A stretch of 64,000 nt of DNA from assembly GCA_010093705.1 (NCBI GenBank), contig MU006093.1:1137301-1201300 (forward strand), in the 5' to 3' direction. Origin of the DNA: Patellaria atrata CBS 101060 (taxonomy: Eukaryota). The notes below the pieces were generated by a model. It was not told the DNA's origin. It did not search any database and saw nothing but the letters and a program-made list of their open reading frames with translations. This document shows, piece by piece, positions 1 to 11,032 of the stretch (the stretch's first letter is position 1; each line of letters opens with the position of its first letter). The translations under genes were made by a program, and so were the position numbers.

Positions 1-46
1 TCATGTTACTGCTCTATAATATAAAGCATCTAACTCACGAAAACAG

Positions 47-382
47 CTCTTTGGTGGTTCGGCAGCGGCAAAACAATATCTCTACAAGCTCAGCGATTAC
101 AACAAGGCTACGTGGAGTCAGAATTTCGTGGCATCCATTGCTGGTGCTACCGCATCCCTCGTCGTCTCCGCACCGCTCGACGTCATCAAGACTCGTATTC
201 AAAATAAGAACTTCGAGGCTAAGGAAAGCGGATTTAGAATCGTCTCAAATATGGCAAAGACCGAAGGCTTCGGTAGTTTCTTCAAGGGCCTTACTCCTAA
301 GCTTTTGATGACAGGCCCCAAGCTAGTGTTCTCATTCTGGCTTGCGCAGACTCTGATACCAGCGTTCAGCAAGGTCATATAA
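47..382 (+). CDS. GGC1: Mitochondrial GTP/GDP carrier, last exon (5' part outside window)
   Basis: Branch CTAAC and acceptor CAG at 44-46, then open frame LFGGSAAAKQYLYKLSDY...SAPLDVIKTRIQ...FFKGLTPKLLMTGPKLVFSFWLAQTLIPAF. Carrier signature PxDxxKxR; C-terminus matches Ggc1/Yhm1. Confidence 0.85.
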   Translation, partial: LFGGSAAAKQYLYKLSDYNKATWSQNFVASIAGATASLVVSAPLDVIKTRIQNKNFEAKESGFRIVSNMAKTEGFGSFFKGLTPKLLMTGPKLVFSFWLAQTLIPAFSKVI

Positions 383-1043
383 TGTGGCACAGTAGTACAC
401 TTCACTGGAGTTCTGGAACGGGTCAAGGTTAACCGCAACTTTAGCGGTCTGTTGAAGGGGTTGGTGTTACTTTCTCTGTCAAAAATTCTTCGTCCTTTTT
501 GTACAGTTATGAGAAATCTGGTCACCATCCATAGGTTCGAAGATGTTCATTTCGCGGCAGGTATTCCGGCATGCTTAGTGTAGAGACGATTTCTCCGGGT
601 GATGTTTGATTGTAAAGATAGGCACACGTAAGGCATAAGAGACAGATGTCGGTCAGTTCTGAGACATTTACATGCATCACGTGAAACATGCGATCCAGGA
701 CAATGGAATTCCATGGTCATGCACTTTGATATGTCGTATCTTGTCCAGTTCAGCAGCTGCCTTATGTAGTCAACTATACTATACACGGAAACGACTGGCT
801 TCGCTCTCCTTCATCCTGTTGAGGCCTATCTTTGCGCTGTATTGGGTTAGCGTCTTGGCGTTGCAGCGCTGGAGCGTGACATCTTACAGACAGGCACCGC
901 CGCCTCAAACCTCCATAAAAACAACATCACAAATTTCGGCTGAGCTACATCAACGTCGCTCTCCATAAAACGCCTCTCGACGCATCCCTATCTTCGCGTC
1001 TTCTATTCACCCTTCCCCCGCTGCTTTCAACACTCGACGCAAC

Positions 1044-2015
1044 ATGAATCCAGAGTAGTACGTCGCCCTGTTTTAGAAAACCTCCGCTCACCTTCTGGGC
1101 GGTGTGTTGCATGTTCTGATGTGCTCACTACCTTGATAACGAAGCTGACCTGTATTCTTTAGAGTATAAACGAAGATTCAAACCTGTTGACCCCATCATG
1201 CGTTCTACCTTTTCCGTGGTTGATGATGCTGATATTATTCCGACGTAAAGATACGATTATCTCTTCAAGCTGCTCTTGATCGGAGATTCCGGTGTAGGAA
1301 AATCTTGTCTGCTCTTGAGGTTTGCAGATGATACCTATACCGAGAGCTACATTTCCACCATCGGAGTCGATTTCGTGCGTCGACCTTGTGAAATGCTTCC
1401 GACGGACTGGTACTGATGGAGATGATAGAAAATCCGTACAATCGAGCTGGACGGAAAGACTGTGAAACTCCAGATCGTATGTACCATGAAATCGAACAGC
1501 TGAGGAAGGCATAACTTATAGTGATTTTCCAGTGGGATACTGCCGGCCAGGAGCGCTTCCGCACAATCACCTCCTCGTACTACCGCGGAGCACACGGCAT
1601 TTGCGTTGTCTATGATGTGACGGACATGGACTCGTTCAACAACGTGAAGCAGTGGCTACAAGAGATTGACAGGTATGCCACAGAGGGTGTCAACAAACTC
1701 TTGGTGGGCAACAAGTCAGATATGGCCGACAAGAAGGTTGTGGAGTACACAGTAGCAAAGGTATTGTCATATTGAATGATCTTAGATTGTCATCGCTTGC
1801 ATGTTACTAACAGTGACAAGGAATTCGCGGACAGTCTTGGTATCCCCTTCCTCGAAACATCCGCCAAGAACGCATCCAATGTCGAGCAAGCTTTCTTAAC
1901 CATGGCCAGGCAAATCAAGGAGCGTATGGGCACTACCGCTGTTAATAACAAGCCCACCGTCCCCATCGGCCAAGGTCAAGGTGTACAATCCGGTTCGGCC
2001 GGTGGATGCTGTTAA
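1044..2015 (+). CDS. YPT1: Rab1-family GTPase Ypt1; exons 1044-1054, 1251-1374, 1429-1476, 1533-1760, 1821-2015
   Basis: [38 protein letters not shown] and C-terminal GGCC prenylation motif. Confidence 0.97.
1055..1250 (+). other. Complex first intron of ypt1: predicted stwintron, inner intron 1058-1162 inside the outer donor
   Basis: GTA|GTACGT...GCTGAC...TTTAG|AGT...GCTGAT...AAG. Removing the inner intron reconstitutes GTAAGT. Confidence 0.8.
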
Positions 2016-2628
2016 ACGGAGAGCTTGGAGTAAGGGAAAGGGGTATTATGCTAATGTGGAGGATCTACGGCAGCTGTCCGTCTTTCTCGTGGTTCATGCA
2101 TGTTAGATGGGTGGTCCTTCCTACTGTTGGATTCCGATTGCTTTCAGTGTCCTCTATTGACCATGTCAAGATCAGGTAGGGGTCACACCATGGCTATCTT
2201 TCTTCCGGCGATCATTGGGTGCGGGTGCTATTTTTCCCACTGCTTTTCTCGAGTCCTCGGGGTCTCATCTGTAACTTTGGGTTCACAATGGGAGTTTATA
2301 TGCAGCTTTCGCAACCGTATACCAACTGAATATGGTTCTCAATAATTCGCAAATCATGACTAGTATAGGCTTATGACGTAGCAATTCGTCCCTCCGGAGT
2401 AGGTTTCTCACGTTCCTACTTCACCTCTCTATTGCGAATACCTCTACCAATCTACCTTCCGTTGTTACAGCTGTGGGCTTAGTCATTTATCGATCTTCTA
2501 CCTGGTGCCTTCGGTATGAAAGTGGATACGCAACCATCTAAGAATTTCCCTTAAAGATTATGCAAGAATTTTAGCTTGCCACAGCTTAGACGCGTTTCCC
2601 AAATTCGCACACTCATATTTACATAAAA

Positions 2629-3946
2629 ATGTCGCGTTCGACAGATCCAGGACACTTTTTCCAGACGTCGTATGTGTGCCCCTCTTTGAATTGAGAACCC
2701 CACTTCTTTAACCCCCATATTCTAAAAATCGATGTCACCAGTGTCTCACTCTCAGAAGCGGAGCGCAAAGCCAAAAAGAGCAGCAACAACAATGGGATTC
2801 CAATAAAGCTGCGTTCAAAGATCCTCGCCGTAGCCACGGACCCAGACGACACGGATGCGATATACGTCGCCGAGGCCGCGGGCACGGTGAAGAAACTGAG
2901 CCTCGAAGTGTGTAAGAGCTCTTTTCAACCTAATACCTTAACATACTTCCTCCACTGCAGTCCAACTAACCCCTTCTGCTCGGTATCAGAATTCCAAAAC
3001 AACACTCCTCCTCACCGGTCCCACCGCCCCCTTGACCTCCCTCGCCCTCTCCACCCCAACCCCCGCCTGTAGCTCCACTCGCACCCTCTTTGCCGGCTGC
3101 TGGGACAAGGCGATATATTCCTGGCAACTCCCCTACAATACCCGCGGCCGCACCTTCGTCGGCCACGCCGACTTCGTCAAGACCCTCCTCTTCGTGCCCC
3201 TGCCCGGCCGCGATGTCCTCCTCTCCGGCGCCGCGGACGGCGCCATCTTCGTCTGGGACGTCGCGAGCGGCGCGAAGTTGAGCGAGCTGAAGGGACACGA
3301 GAGGGGTGTGTTGGCGCTGACGCTGGATCCGGTGTTGGGCGACGAGGGGAAGAGTGTTGTCGTGTGGAGCGCGGACAGCGTGCGCGAGATCAGGGGATGG
3401 TCCGTCGGCGTCGAGGGCGGCGACGTCGTTGCGAAGTCTCTGGATCCCCAGGCCCCAATAGTCGCGCATGAAACCAGCGTTAATGCGCTTCGCTTTGACG
3501 CTGATGGTGACTTGTGGACTGCGAGCAGCGATAAGACGGTCAAGTGCTTGAGTCGGGAACGCGGTTGGGCTGAGGAGATGAGCTTGTCGCATCCGGATTT
3601 CGTGAGGGATGTTGTCGTGGATGAGCGGGGTGGGTTCGTCGTGACAGCTTGTAGGGATGAGGAGGTTAGGGTGTGGGAGAGGGGTTCGGGCGAGTTGCGT
3701 CATACATTCAGCGGCCACTTTGAAGAGGTTACAGGGTTGTTGCTACTGGGCCAGCTGGTGGTATCGATCTCTATTGATGCGACGGTACGGCGCTGGAGTC
3801 TTGCGCCTGAGGACTTGCGACAGGCGAGGTTGGACGCGGAGAGGGCGGCTAAGGGAGAGGTGAAGGAAGAAGATAAGCCGAAGGAGTCATTGATGACGGA
3901 GGAAGAGGAGAGAGAACTGGCGGAGCTGATGGATGAGAGCGATTAG
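2629..3946 (+). CDS. WD40-repeat protein; about 3 exons (2629-2669, 2742-2907, 2990-3946)
   Basis: Repeated GH...WD units (FVGHADFV, LKGHERGV, FSGHFEEV, IFVWD, VRVWE). Upstream exons join in frame through GT-AG introns. Confidence 0.85.
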
Positions 3947-4224
3947 ATGTTCAGAAATAGCATGAAAAATCTTATGGGAATTAGAGCTGTAGCTATCCGA
4001 TTAGGGCATGCATTTAGCTACACATGGAGTGAAATATCATCATTCAGCATTTTGTGATCCATAAGATATAAAAGTAAAGATGAAATCAAAGGGGATCCGA
4101 ACAGAGTACCGCATATCCTGATTGTGCATCATGCACCAGCCCGCCCCTAAAGTTCAGAAAGGAAACATGCCGTTATAGCTGTGTATCCATGACAGCCTTA
4201 GTTCGGAAGAAAAAATATTCATCG

Positions 4225-5385
4225 CTACCATCCAGGTTGAGAGGGACCACCTTGTGGACCTCCATAACCCTGCTGACCTCCTCCGTACTGATTGCCGGGA
4301 TATCCACCTCCTTGTTGTTCGTACTGCTGTTGTTGGTGGGGTGGCGGTGGGTATTGTTGATGGCCTGGTGTATGACTCTGATCATGTCCACCGTATAATC
4401 CTGATGACGGGGGATACTGACTGCCCCCAGTCGGAGGATACTGACTGCCGCTTGACGGAGGATATTGGTTGCCGCCTGGAGGAGGGTACTGCTGACCGCC
4501 GGGAGTGTGTTGGCCATAGCCTTGGTTTCCGTGCTGCTGGTCGTAGGGCTGTCCATACTGGCCGGGAGGGCCAGAACCACCGTATTGCTGCTGTGGGGGA
4601 TATGGAGAGTGGCCTTGTGGGGAAGCTGGGGACCCGTAACCATGTCCTTGTTGTCCCTGGGGTTGAGGGGAGCCATAACTATGTTGGCCTGGCGAAGGTG
4701 AACCGTACTGGGCGTGAGGCGGCCCATTATTGTACTGGGTTTGTTGGCCATATTGACCTGATGGAGTAGAAGCGCTTTGACCAGAAGGTTGATATGACGA
4801 TGGCGGGGCCTGTCCTTCATATGTGCCACTGGAGGAGTGTCCGGTGGAATAGCCGTAGTTTTGGTTGCCTTGGTTCTTTGAAGGTATTAGTAATTTCTCC
4901 ATGCGAGCTATCTACAAATGAAACTTACGGAGCCGTGAGAACTGCCATGCGAACCCCCATGGCTTCCACCTCCAAGTATGCCGCCTAGAGCACCCCCCAA
5001 AGTACCTCCAAGACCAGAAGAACCATGACCAGACGAGCTACTGTGCCCTCCTTGTTGGCCGTATTGCTTCTTGCCTCCTAATAAGCCACTGGCAAGCTGT
5101 CCTACCAGCCCTCCAGAGCTTCCATGCTGGCCGGAAGATCCACTGTGAGAAGAGTTGCCATGTGAACCACCACTGAGGAATGAGGACGCAAGGCCTCCTA
5201 AACCGCTGGATTGGCCACCATGACTTCCACCACTGTGCTTATTACCTGTAAGAAGGTTGAATGCGGTACCCTGAGAGATAATTAGAAGCAACAACGAGGG
5301 AAGGTTTAGTACAGGTGCATACTGTTAAGCTCCTATCTGATCCTCCTTGATTACCATGACCTCTTGTGCTTTCTTCTCCGCCCAT
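4225..5385 (-). CDS. Low-complexity Gly/Ser/His then Gly/Gln/Pro/Tyr-rich protein, about 3 exons
   Basis: ATG at 5385 (MGGEESTRGHGNQGG). Introns at about 5322-5271 and 4927-4884 link the two ORF-track segments. Confidence 0.7.
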
Positions 5386-6529
5386 TGTGTGTTGATTTTG
5401 AGGTGATGTGTAAGGGTCTTGTGCTTGTACGGGAGTATGTGTAGGTGAGGTTACAGGAATATCGCTTGTTGTTGGAAGATCCCATTGGCTTTGGCCGGTT
5501 GAAATCTAGTGGGGGTGGAGGATCAGTGACGTGAGGAGATGCAGGAACAAAGACAAATAAAGGCTCACTTGAACGAAATAATATTTTCGCTGACTGTACC
5601 GGTTGGGCATCAATTAACTTACGCGCCTAACAAGCAGATCGTTTCAGAATTACTCACTTGCCATCCCACTGTGAGATCCAACCTGGAGGACAATGAGGAA
5701 TTTGAGTACCGTCAGGTCCGGAATCTGGCGACGCAGGTTGACCTGGATGTTGCATGATAGATAGGTGAGAAATAACTCCCGTTCGTTCCAACCGTAACGG
5801 TGTCAAACAGTTCTAGTGTGAAGTGGGGGGTGTATCCAGGTCTGGTGATACTCGTAAACAGAATGCGGAGTCGTGCGTTTGTATGTATAGTACGCTGGAA
5901 TCCAACAGAGAACGGAAGAAGGGGAGGATACAAGATATTTATCAGTTTCAGGGAGGGGCTAGAGATAAAGAGTAGAGTTTCGAAGGTAGTGAGGAGCCAT
6001 TTCGGCAGGAAAATTTGAGTAATTCCATGATAAAATGCGACTGGGCTGTGCAGTGCGTGATTTGCCTCGATCTGATCGTCCTGGGCAGTTGCTAAGGTAA
6101 GTACTGTACAAGTACTGTACAGTACATCCAAGAGTACCCGAGGGGTATTGAACTTTGTTCACCCTTAGGTGAATCCGGTTTGCATGCAGAGTTCAGAGTT
6201 CTGTCATAGAGTAGAAAAGACTTCAGCTTCAGTCAACAAAGGATCTCTTTCCGAGCCCTGTGTCACCACCTCACCGGGCAATAGATAGATAGACTGGGCT
6301 ATCGTGGCTCAAGCAAAGTCATGAGGTGTACATATACGCACCGCCACAGCATATACCGTCACAACCGATAAGATATTCGGAGGTAGATATCAAATAGTTC
6401 AATATCAGTATGATCTGAAAAGACAAAAACTTAAGCTTCTTATTTCACACGTTCCCCTATCTAGTAGAGCGGCTAAATCACAGCTGTTAATACAAAATAT
6501 CACTCTATCCCCCACCCGATTCTGTCTAT

Positions 6530-8127
6530 TTACACTTTGAGCCCTAGCTCCTCTGCGAAAGGTAGCACATACAAATCGCCAACTGACGATACCGAGGCTT
6601 TGAAGTCCAGCAGTTCCTTTGCGACCTGTAACAGAGATAAATCTGTCAGCATTATCACACGTAATTGAGAACACAGCATTGCCTTGAGCATCGCCCTTAT
6701 CCGAACATCGTTGATGACGTACCTTCTTCACTTGTTCTTCCGTCACCGCCTCGATAGCTTTGGCACTCTCGTCAAGTTGGTATGGCTTGCCTCCTTGTAT
6801 TAAACCCGTCCCAGTCAGCTCAAGCCCAGCTCTGATGCTCTCGCCATACTCCAACTCCTTGAATTTAGCTTGAGCAATAGCTTTCTTGAGATCATCCTTG
6901 GAAAGTTCGCCCCCAGCAATCTCCTTAATCGTCTTGACCACCTCGTGTGTTGTACCGGCAACGGCTTTTGCTGGGCCATCTATCTTCACCGTAAGAAGGC
7001 CAGCATCAGAGTAGATCATGCTCTTGGTCGATACGGTTGCGCCGGGGTGGTTAGCAGCAGCTTTAGCAAGCAGGGAGTATCCGGAGGCCCACTTGACGCT
7101 GGTTTCCCCTCCAAGGAGTGCAGCTAGGACGGCGATTTCAGGTTTATAGAAGCCTCCAGTAAAGGTACTTGAACCGGGGAACGCAAGAACCACCGAATTA
7201 CCGCCGTCGTGTGCAATCCGTTCCTCGCCTCCATAGTATTTGGTTTGCTCGCTGCTCAAGCCCGTGGTGCTAGGCAAGTCTGTGAAAAATTCGCTCACCC
7301 ACTTGGTCACTTCCGAATGATCTGCACCGTTGGCGACAATAGCTATGTTAGATTTGGCAAACGCCCTTCCACTATACCCGCCGATGAAATCAGCATTGAG
7401 GTACTTTTTGAAAGGATGCGAGGATGTTGGGAAGAGCGGTGTACCAAGACCCCTGTGGAAGGCAAGGCTATGGGCTGAGTTGAGAGCCATCTCCGAGGTG
7501 TTTGCGAGAAACTTTCTGTGTGAGAACTGAATCAATGTCGATACATGTTCATCGAAAACCCATGCTGTGACCCAGCCAATTAGCAAAGAGTACAATTGAC
7601 CATATATCGTTTTAAATCTTACGGTCATATCTCGTTTTCGACGTCACTTCTGCAAGAAGCTCGAGGAAGTATGGTAGATCGTCGCGCAAAAATTTGGCCT
7701 GAAGGATGAGGTTTTCACGGGTGTGGTATGGTTGCACTTCACCTCCGAGTAACTCCACTTCCCGTACGATTCGCAGGGCCGACCGCTTTTCGGTACTCTA
7801 AGATTGTACAAGTCAGCACAAGGACTTCCGATCGGAAGGTGTTGGAATTCCCCAATAGAGTCATACCGTAAATGCGAATTTCTCTAAGCCCTGAGCGAGA
7901 CCGGGAAGAGGCTCATATCGAGTACCAGCCTTAGCAACCAATGCTAATGTTGTTGTTGGTCCCCATAAATCCCTAGTCGCAACCTTGATACCGGAGGAAT
8001 CTCCAGTCTGGTATGCAAAGCTCCCTGAAGCTGGTGCAGCAAGTCCTCTTCGATTCGTTGGTTGAGAGCAGCATTGGCGGCGAAGAGCTCGCTGTGCGCC
8101 CCGGCCGAGAGACGAGCGTGAGAGCAT
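6530..8127 (-). CDS. QCR2: Ubiquinol-cytochrome c reductase core subunit 2 (M16 family), 4 exons
   Basis: Presequence MLSRSSLGRGAQRALRR, motifs AKAGTRYE, YYGGEERI, IYSDAGL, and C-terminus GDLYVLPFAEELGLKV. Confidence 0.93.
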
Positions 8128-8488
8128 CTTCGCGATGAAGGAGGGAGGCAGGAGGATAGAGGGTGGTGGATGAAGCAATTGATGGGAAAACCGGAGGGAA
8201 TTGACGTCTTGACGGAGGAGCTTCAAGATCAGTCGTTCAAGTTGTTGCTGAGTTGCTCCCAATCCGCTACGGCTACCGGACTTCTTTTCAACGCACCCAA
8301 TCAGCGATGACTCTTTACTTTCTACCCTAAAGCTTCAACTCAAAGAATATCTGCAAACCTCAAACTTCCCCATATCGACCTTCACAATCTCTCAGAAAGT
8401 TCAACACTTTTCCTAGAAATGCACTCATAAATTTCCTTTTCCGTGGGATTATTTGCTGCTTGGGAAATTATCTGACCGCGGACTTGCA

Positions 8489-10627
8489 ATGGCTCAGGTA
8501 AGATCCTCACATGAACATATGTCACATTGAAACCAGACCTAATTCGAGGGAATAGCATATTGCTGAGCTTTGCACTCTACTAGTCGACGACCTGTATGGC
8601 AACCTCTCCTCTGTAAGACTCTCCCCAATTTGATTTCGCGACCACCGACTTCTACCCCTCCATCTGTTATACAGGAATCGCTATCCCCGCCCACATTATC
8701 AGTTGAGTCACACTAACACTCCCAGCGCGTCTTTGCGACCCTCGTGCGTGTCGGAAGACTCACACTTGGCAATGTAGCCCATCACTCTGGTCTTTCTGCT
8801 CGTCAGGTGAAACATGGGCTCGTCGTCTTGATCCAGCAACATCTCGTCCTCCACTCAACTCAAGACTCCGTTACACACTACGAAGCTAATGTTCAGCAAG
8901 CATATGCGTTGGTCCGTTCGGGAAAGATTATTAAACTTGTGGAAGACAGATTCGGAGAGGCCGCTGGTGGTATTGTGTCTAACTTGCTGTTGCTTGGCCA
9001 CGCAAGGGTGAAAGATCTCGCAGAAGCATACGGCGTCAGTAAAAAACATGGCCTCAACGGCGCGCAAGTAAACGGGAACGCATCTCTCAACACAGAAGAG
9101 AAAGAGAAGGAAAGAACCGGTTCTCAACACTTCAAAACATTGGGCCAGTTACATAAGGAACTGGGACGTCTCCTTAACGAAGGATTTCTTAAAGAAGTCT
9201 GGCCGGTACAATTCAAGCCCGAGGCGGATGTACAGACAGAAGCGGAACTTATTGTTACTCGTGACCAATATAAGGGTGGTGTAAAGGGTACAAAACAAAC
9301 AGTCCAGTTCAATGAAGATGTAAGGGCACTGAAGAGAAAGTGGAGAGATGAAGGAGCCGATGAAGACCGCGCGAACGGTCAAGCTAACGGAACAAAACCT
9401 GCGCGTCCAGTCTCAAAACGTGTGAAAATTAACAAGTACGCCATGAATGGGATGAGTGGACATGCAAATGATGATGATGACTTGGTCGGTTCGCTATTAG
9501 ACGTATGTGTCAAATTCTCACTCTTGAAGTGGCTTCAATCCAAACAGCTAATTCTTGTGTAGGAGGAGCTTATTGTTAGAGTCAATATAGATAGGTGTAA
9601 TGTAGCATTTCGAAGCCAGCAGCTCGTCGAATTTTGTTCCCGTTATATTAGCGAATCAACCGCCATGGTGTACGAAGCCCTCCTTCAACGATTAGAAACA
9701 AAGATTGAGCGATGTCACGATTTATTGGTGATAGTCAAGGATGAGATAGAAGAAAGAGAAACCGCTCCCTTAGTAACCTTACTCGAAGTATCAAACGCCT
9801 TGGATAAGAACGTGGATTTGGCCGCCGGCCTCTGGAGTGGAAACGACAATCAAACGTCTAGCGCAGGATCTAATGGCAACAAGACTAATAACTACGAAGA
9901 CGAGGGTTACGTTGAGGAAGAGGACTCCTTTCAAGTAAATGGCTCGCATAGGGCTGATCAACTTACCGCTAGGGATAAGATGATACACATCAAAAGTCAC
10001 CTTCAACTTCTTTGCGATGATCCTCGACGATTCGTTACATGGGTCGGATCCCGAGGCGGAGGTGAATACAGGGTAAACTTTCGGGCTCTAACGAGTTCTT
10101 TGATACAATATGAACTGGAAAAGTCTGTCACTGCGCGTTTTGGTGCTTTGGCAACCCGATTGGTACGGGCCTTGCACACCAAGGGAAAGTTAGACGAGAA
10201 ACAAGCTTGCAATATCTGCTTGGTTAAGCAGAAAGATATCCGAGTTCATTTCGCCGCACTACAGGAGGCGGGGTACGTCGACACACAAGAAATTCCAAAA
10301 GACAACAGTCGTCAACCAAGCAGGACCATCTATCTCTGGTCATTCGACCAGTCCAGATGCAGAGAACTCGTTCTCCACGATACTTACAAAGCCATGTGTA
10401 AACTCCTTCATAGGATGAAGGTCGAGAGAAGGAGATACAAAGCCGTCATTGACAAAGCAGAGCGTACCGATGTTATCGGCAACGAAGATAGATATCTTAC
10501 TGGTATGGAGAAACAGACATTAAGCCAGTGGAGAGATTCTGAGGAGAAGCTTCTCACACAATTAAGCAGACAAGATGAGCTTGTCACCTTATTCCGAGAC
10601 TTCCCTATGCCCCCTTTTGAACCTTGA
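8489..10627 (+). CDS. RPC82: RNA polymerase III subunit RPC3/C82, 4 exons
   Basis: MAQ|HIAELCTLLVDDLYG, QVKHGLVVLIQQHLV, GKLDEKQ, QEIPKDNSRQPSRTIYLW. Confidence 0.9.
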
Positions 10628-11032
10628 AGCTAAGGAGTCTATTATTTGTTATATCAGGAATATGTTATCAAGCTTAGGTTTTGCGTAACGATTAGGAGCA
10701 GGCCGGCGATGAGGACATTCTCAGCATTTTTCGGAGTTTCCGAATCACTTTTGGTATATTGAATTCCGCTGTTCCAACTCTCGGGAACTGAACAGCCGTG
10801 AGAATAAATATGAGCAGCTACATTGTAATTTTAACTCCTTTACAATGAATTCAGACTTGTTCACAGATTAAACAAGACCAATGTGCGGCTAGCTTTTCGG
10901 AATAAGGTACTATACCCCTCGCTTCCTCCAATCTGCTCTGAGTCTGTAGACAAGGTCTTATGGACCAGAACTACGCACTCTAACATCCATTGCCCCCTCC
11001 CCGTAAATGAGACAATGGAGATATTAACCGAA

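Noticed and set aside
1163..1163. 1-nt microexon A between two ordinary introns in ypt1 (AG|A|GTATAA)
   Set aside because: It gives GAG TAA, a stop at codon 5, and cannot produce Ypt1.
2966..3718. 250-aa antisense ORF over the WD40 gene, and similar shadow ORFs over CTF4, GLT1 and tubulin
   Set aside because: Explained by codon bias of the sense gene; no recognisable motifs.
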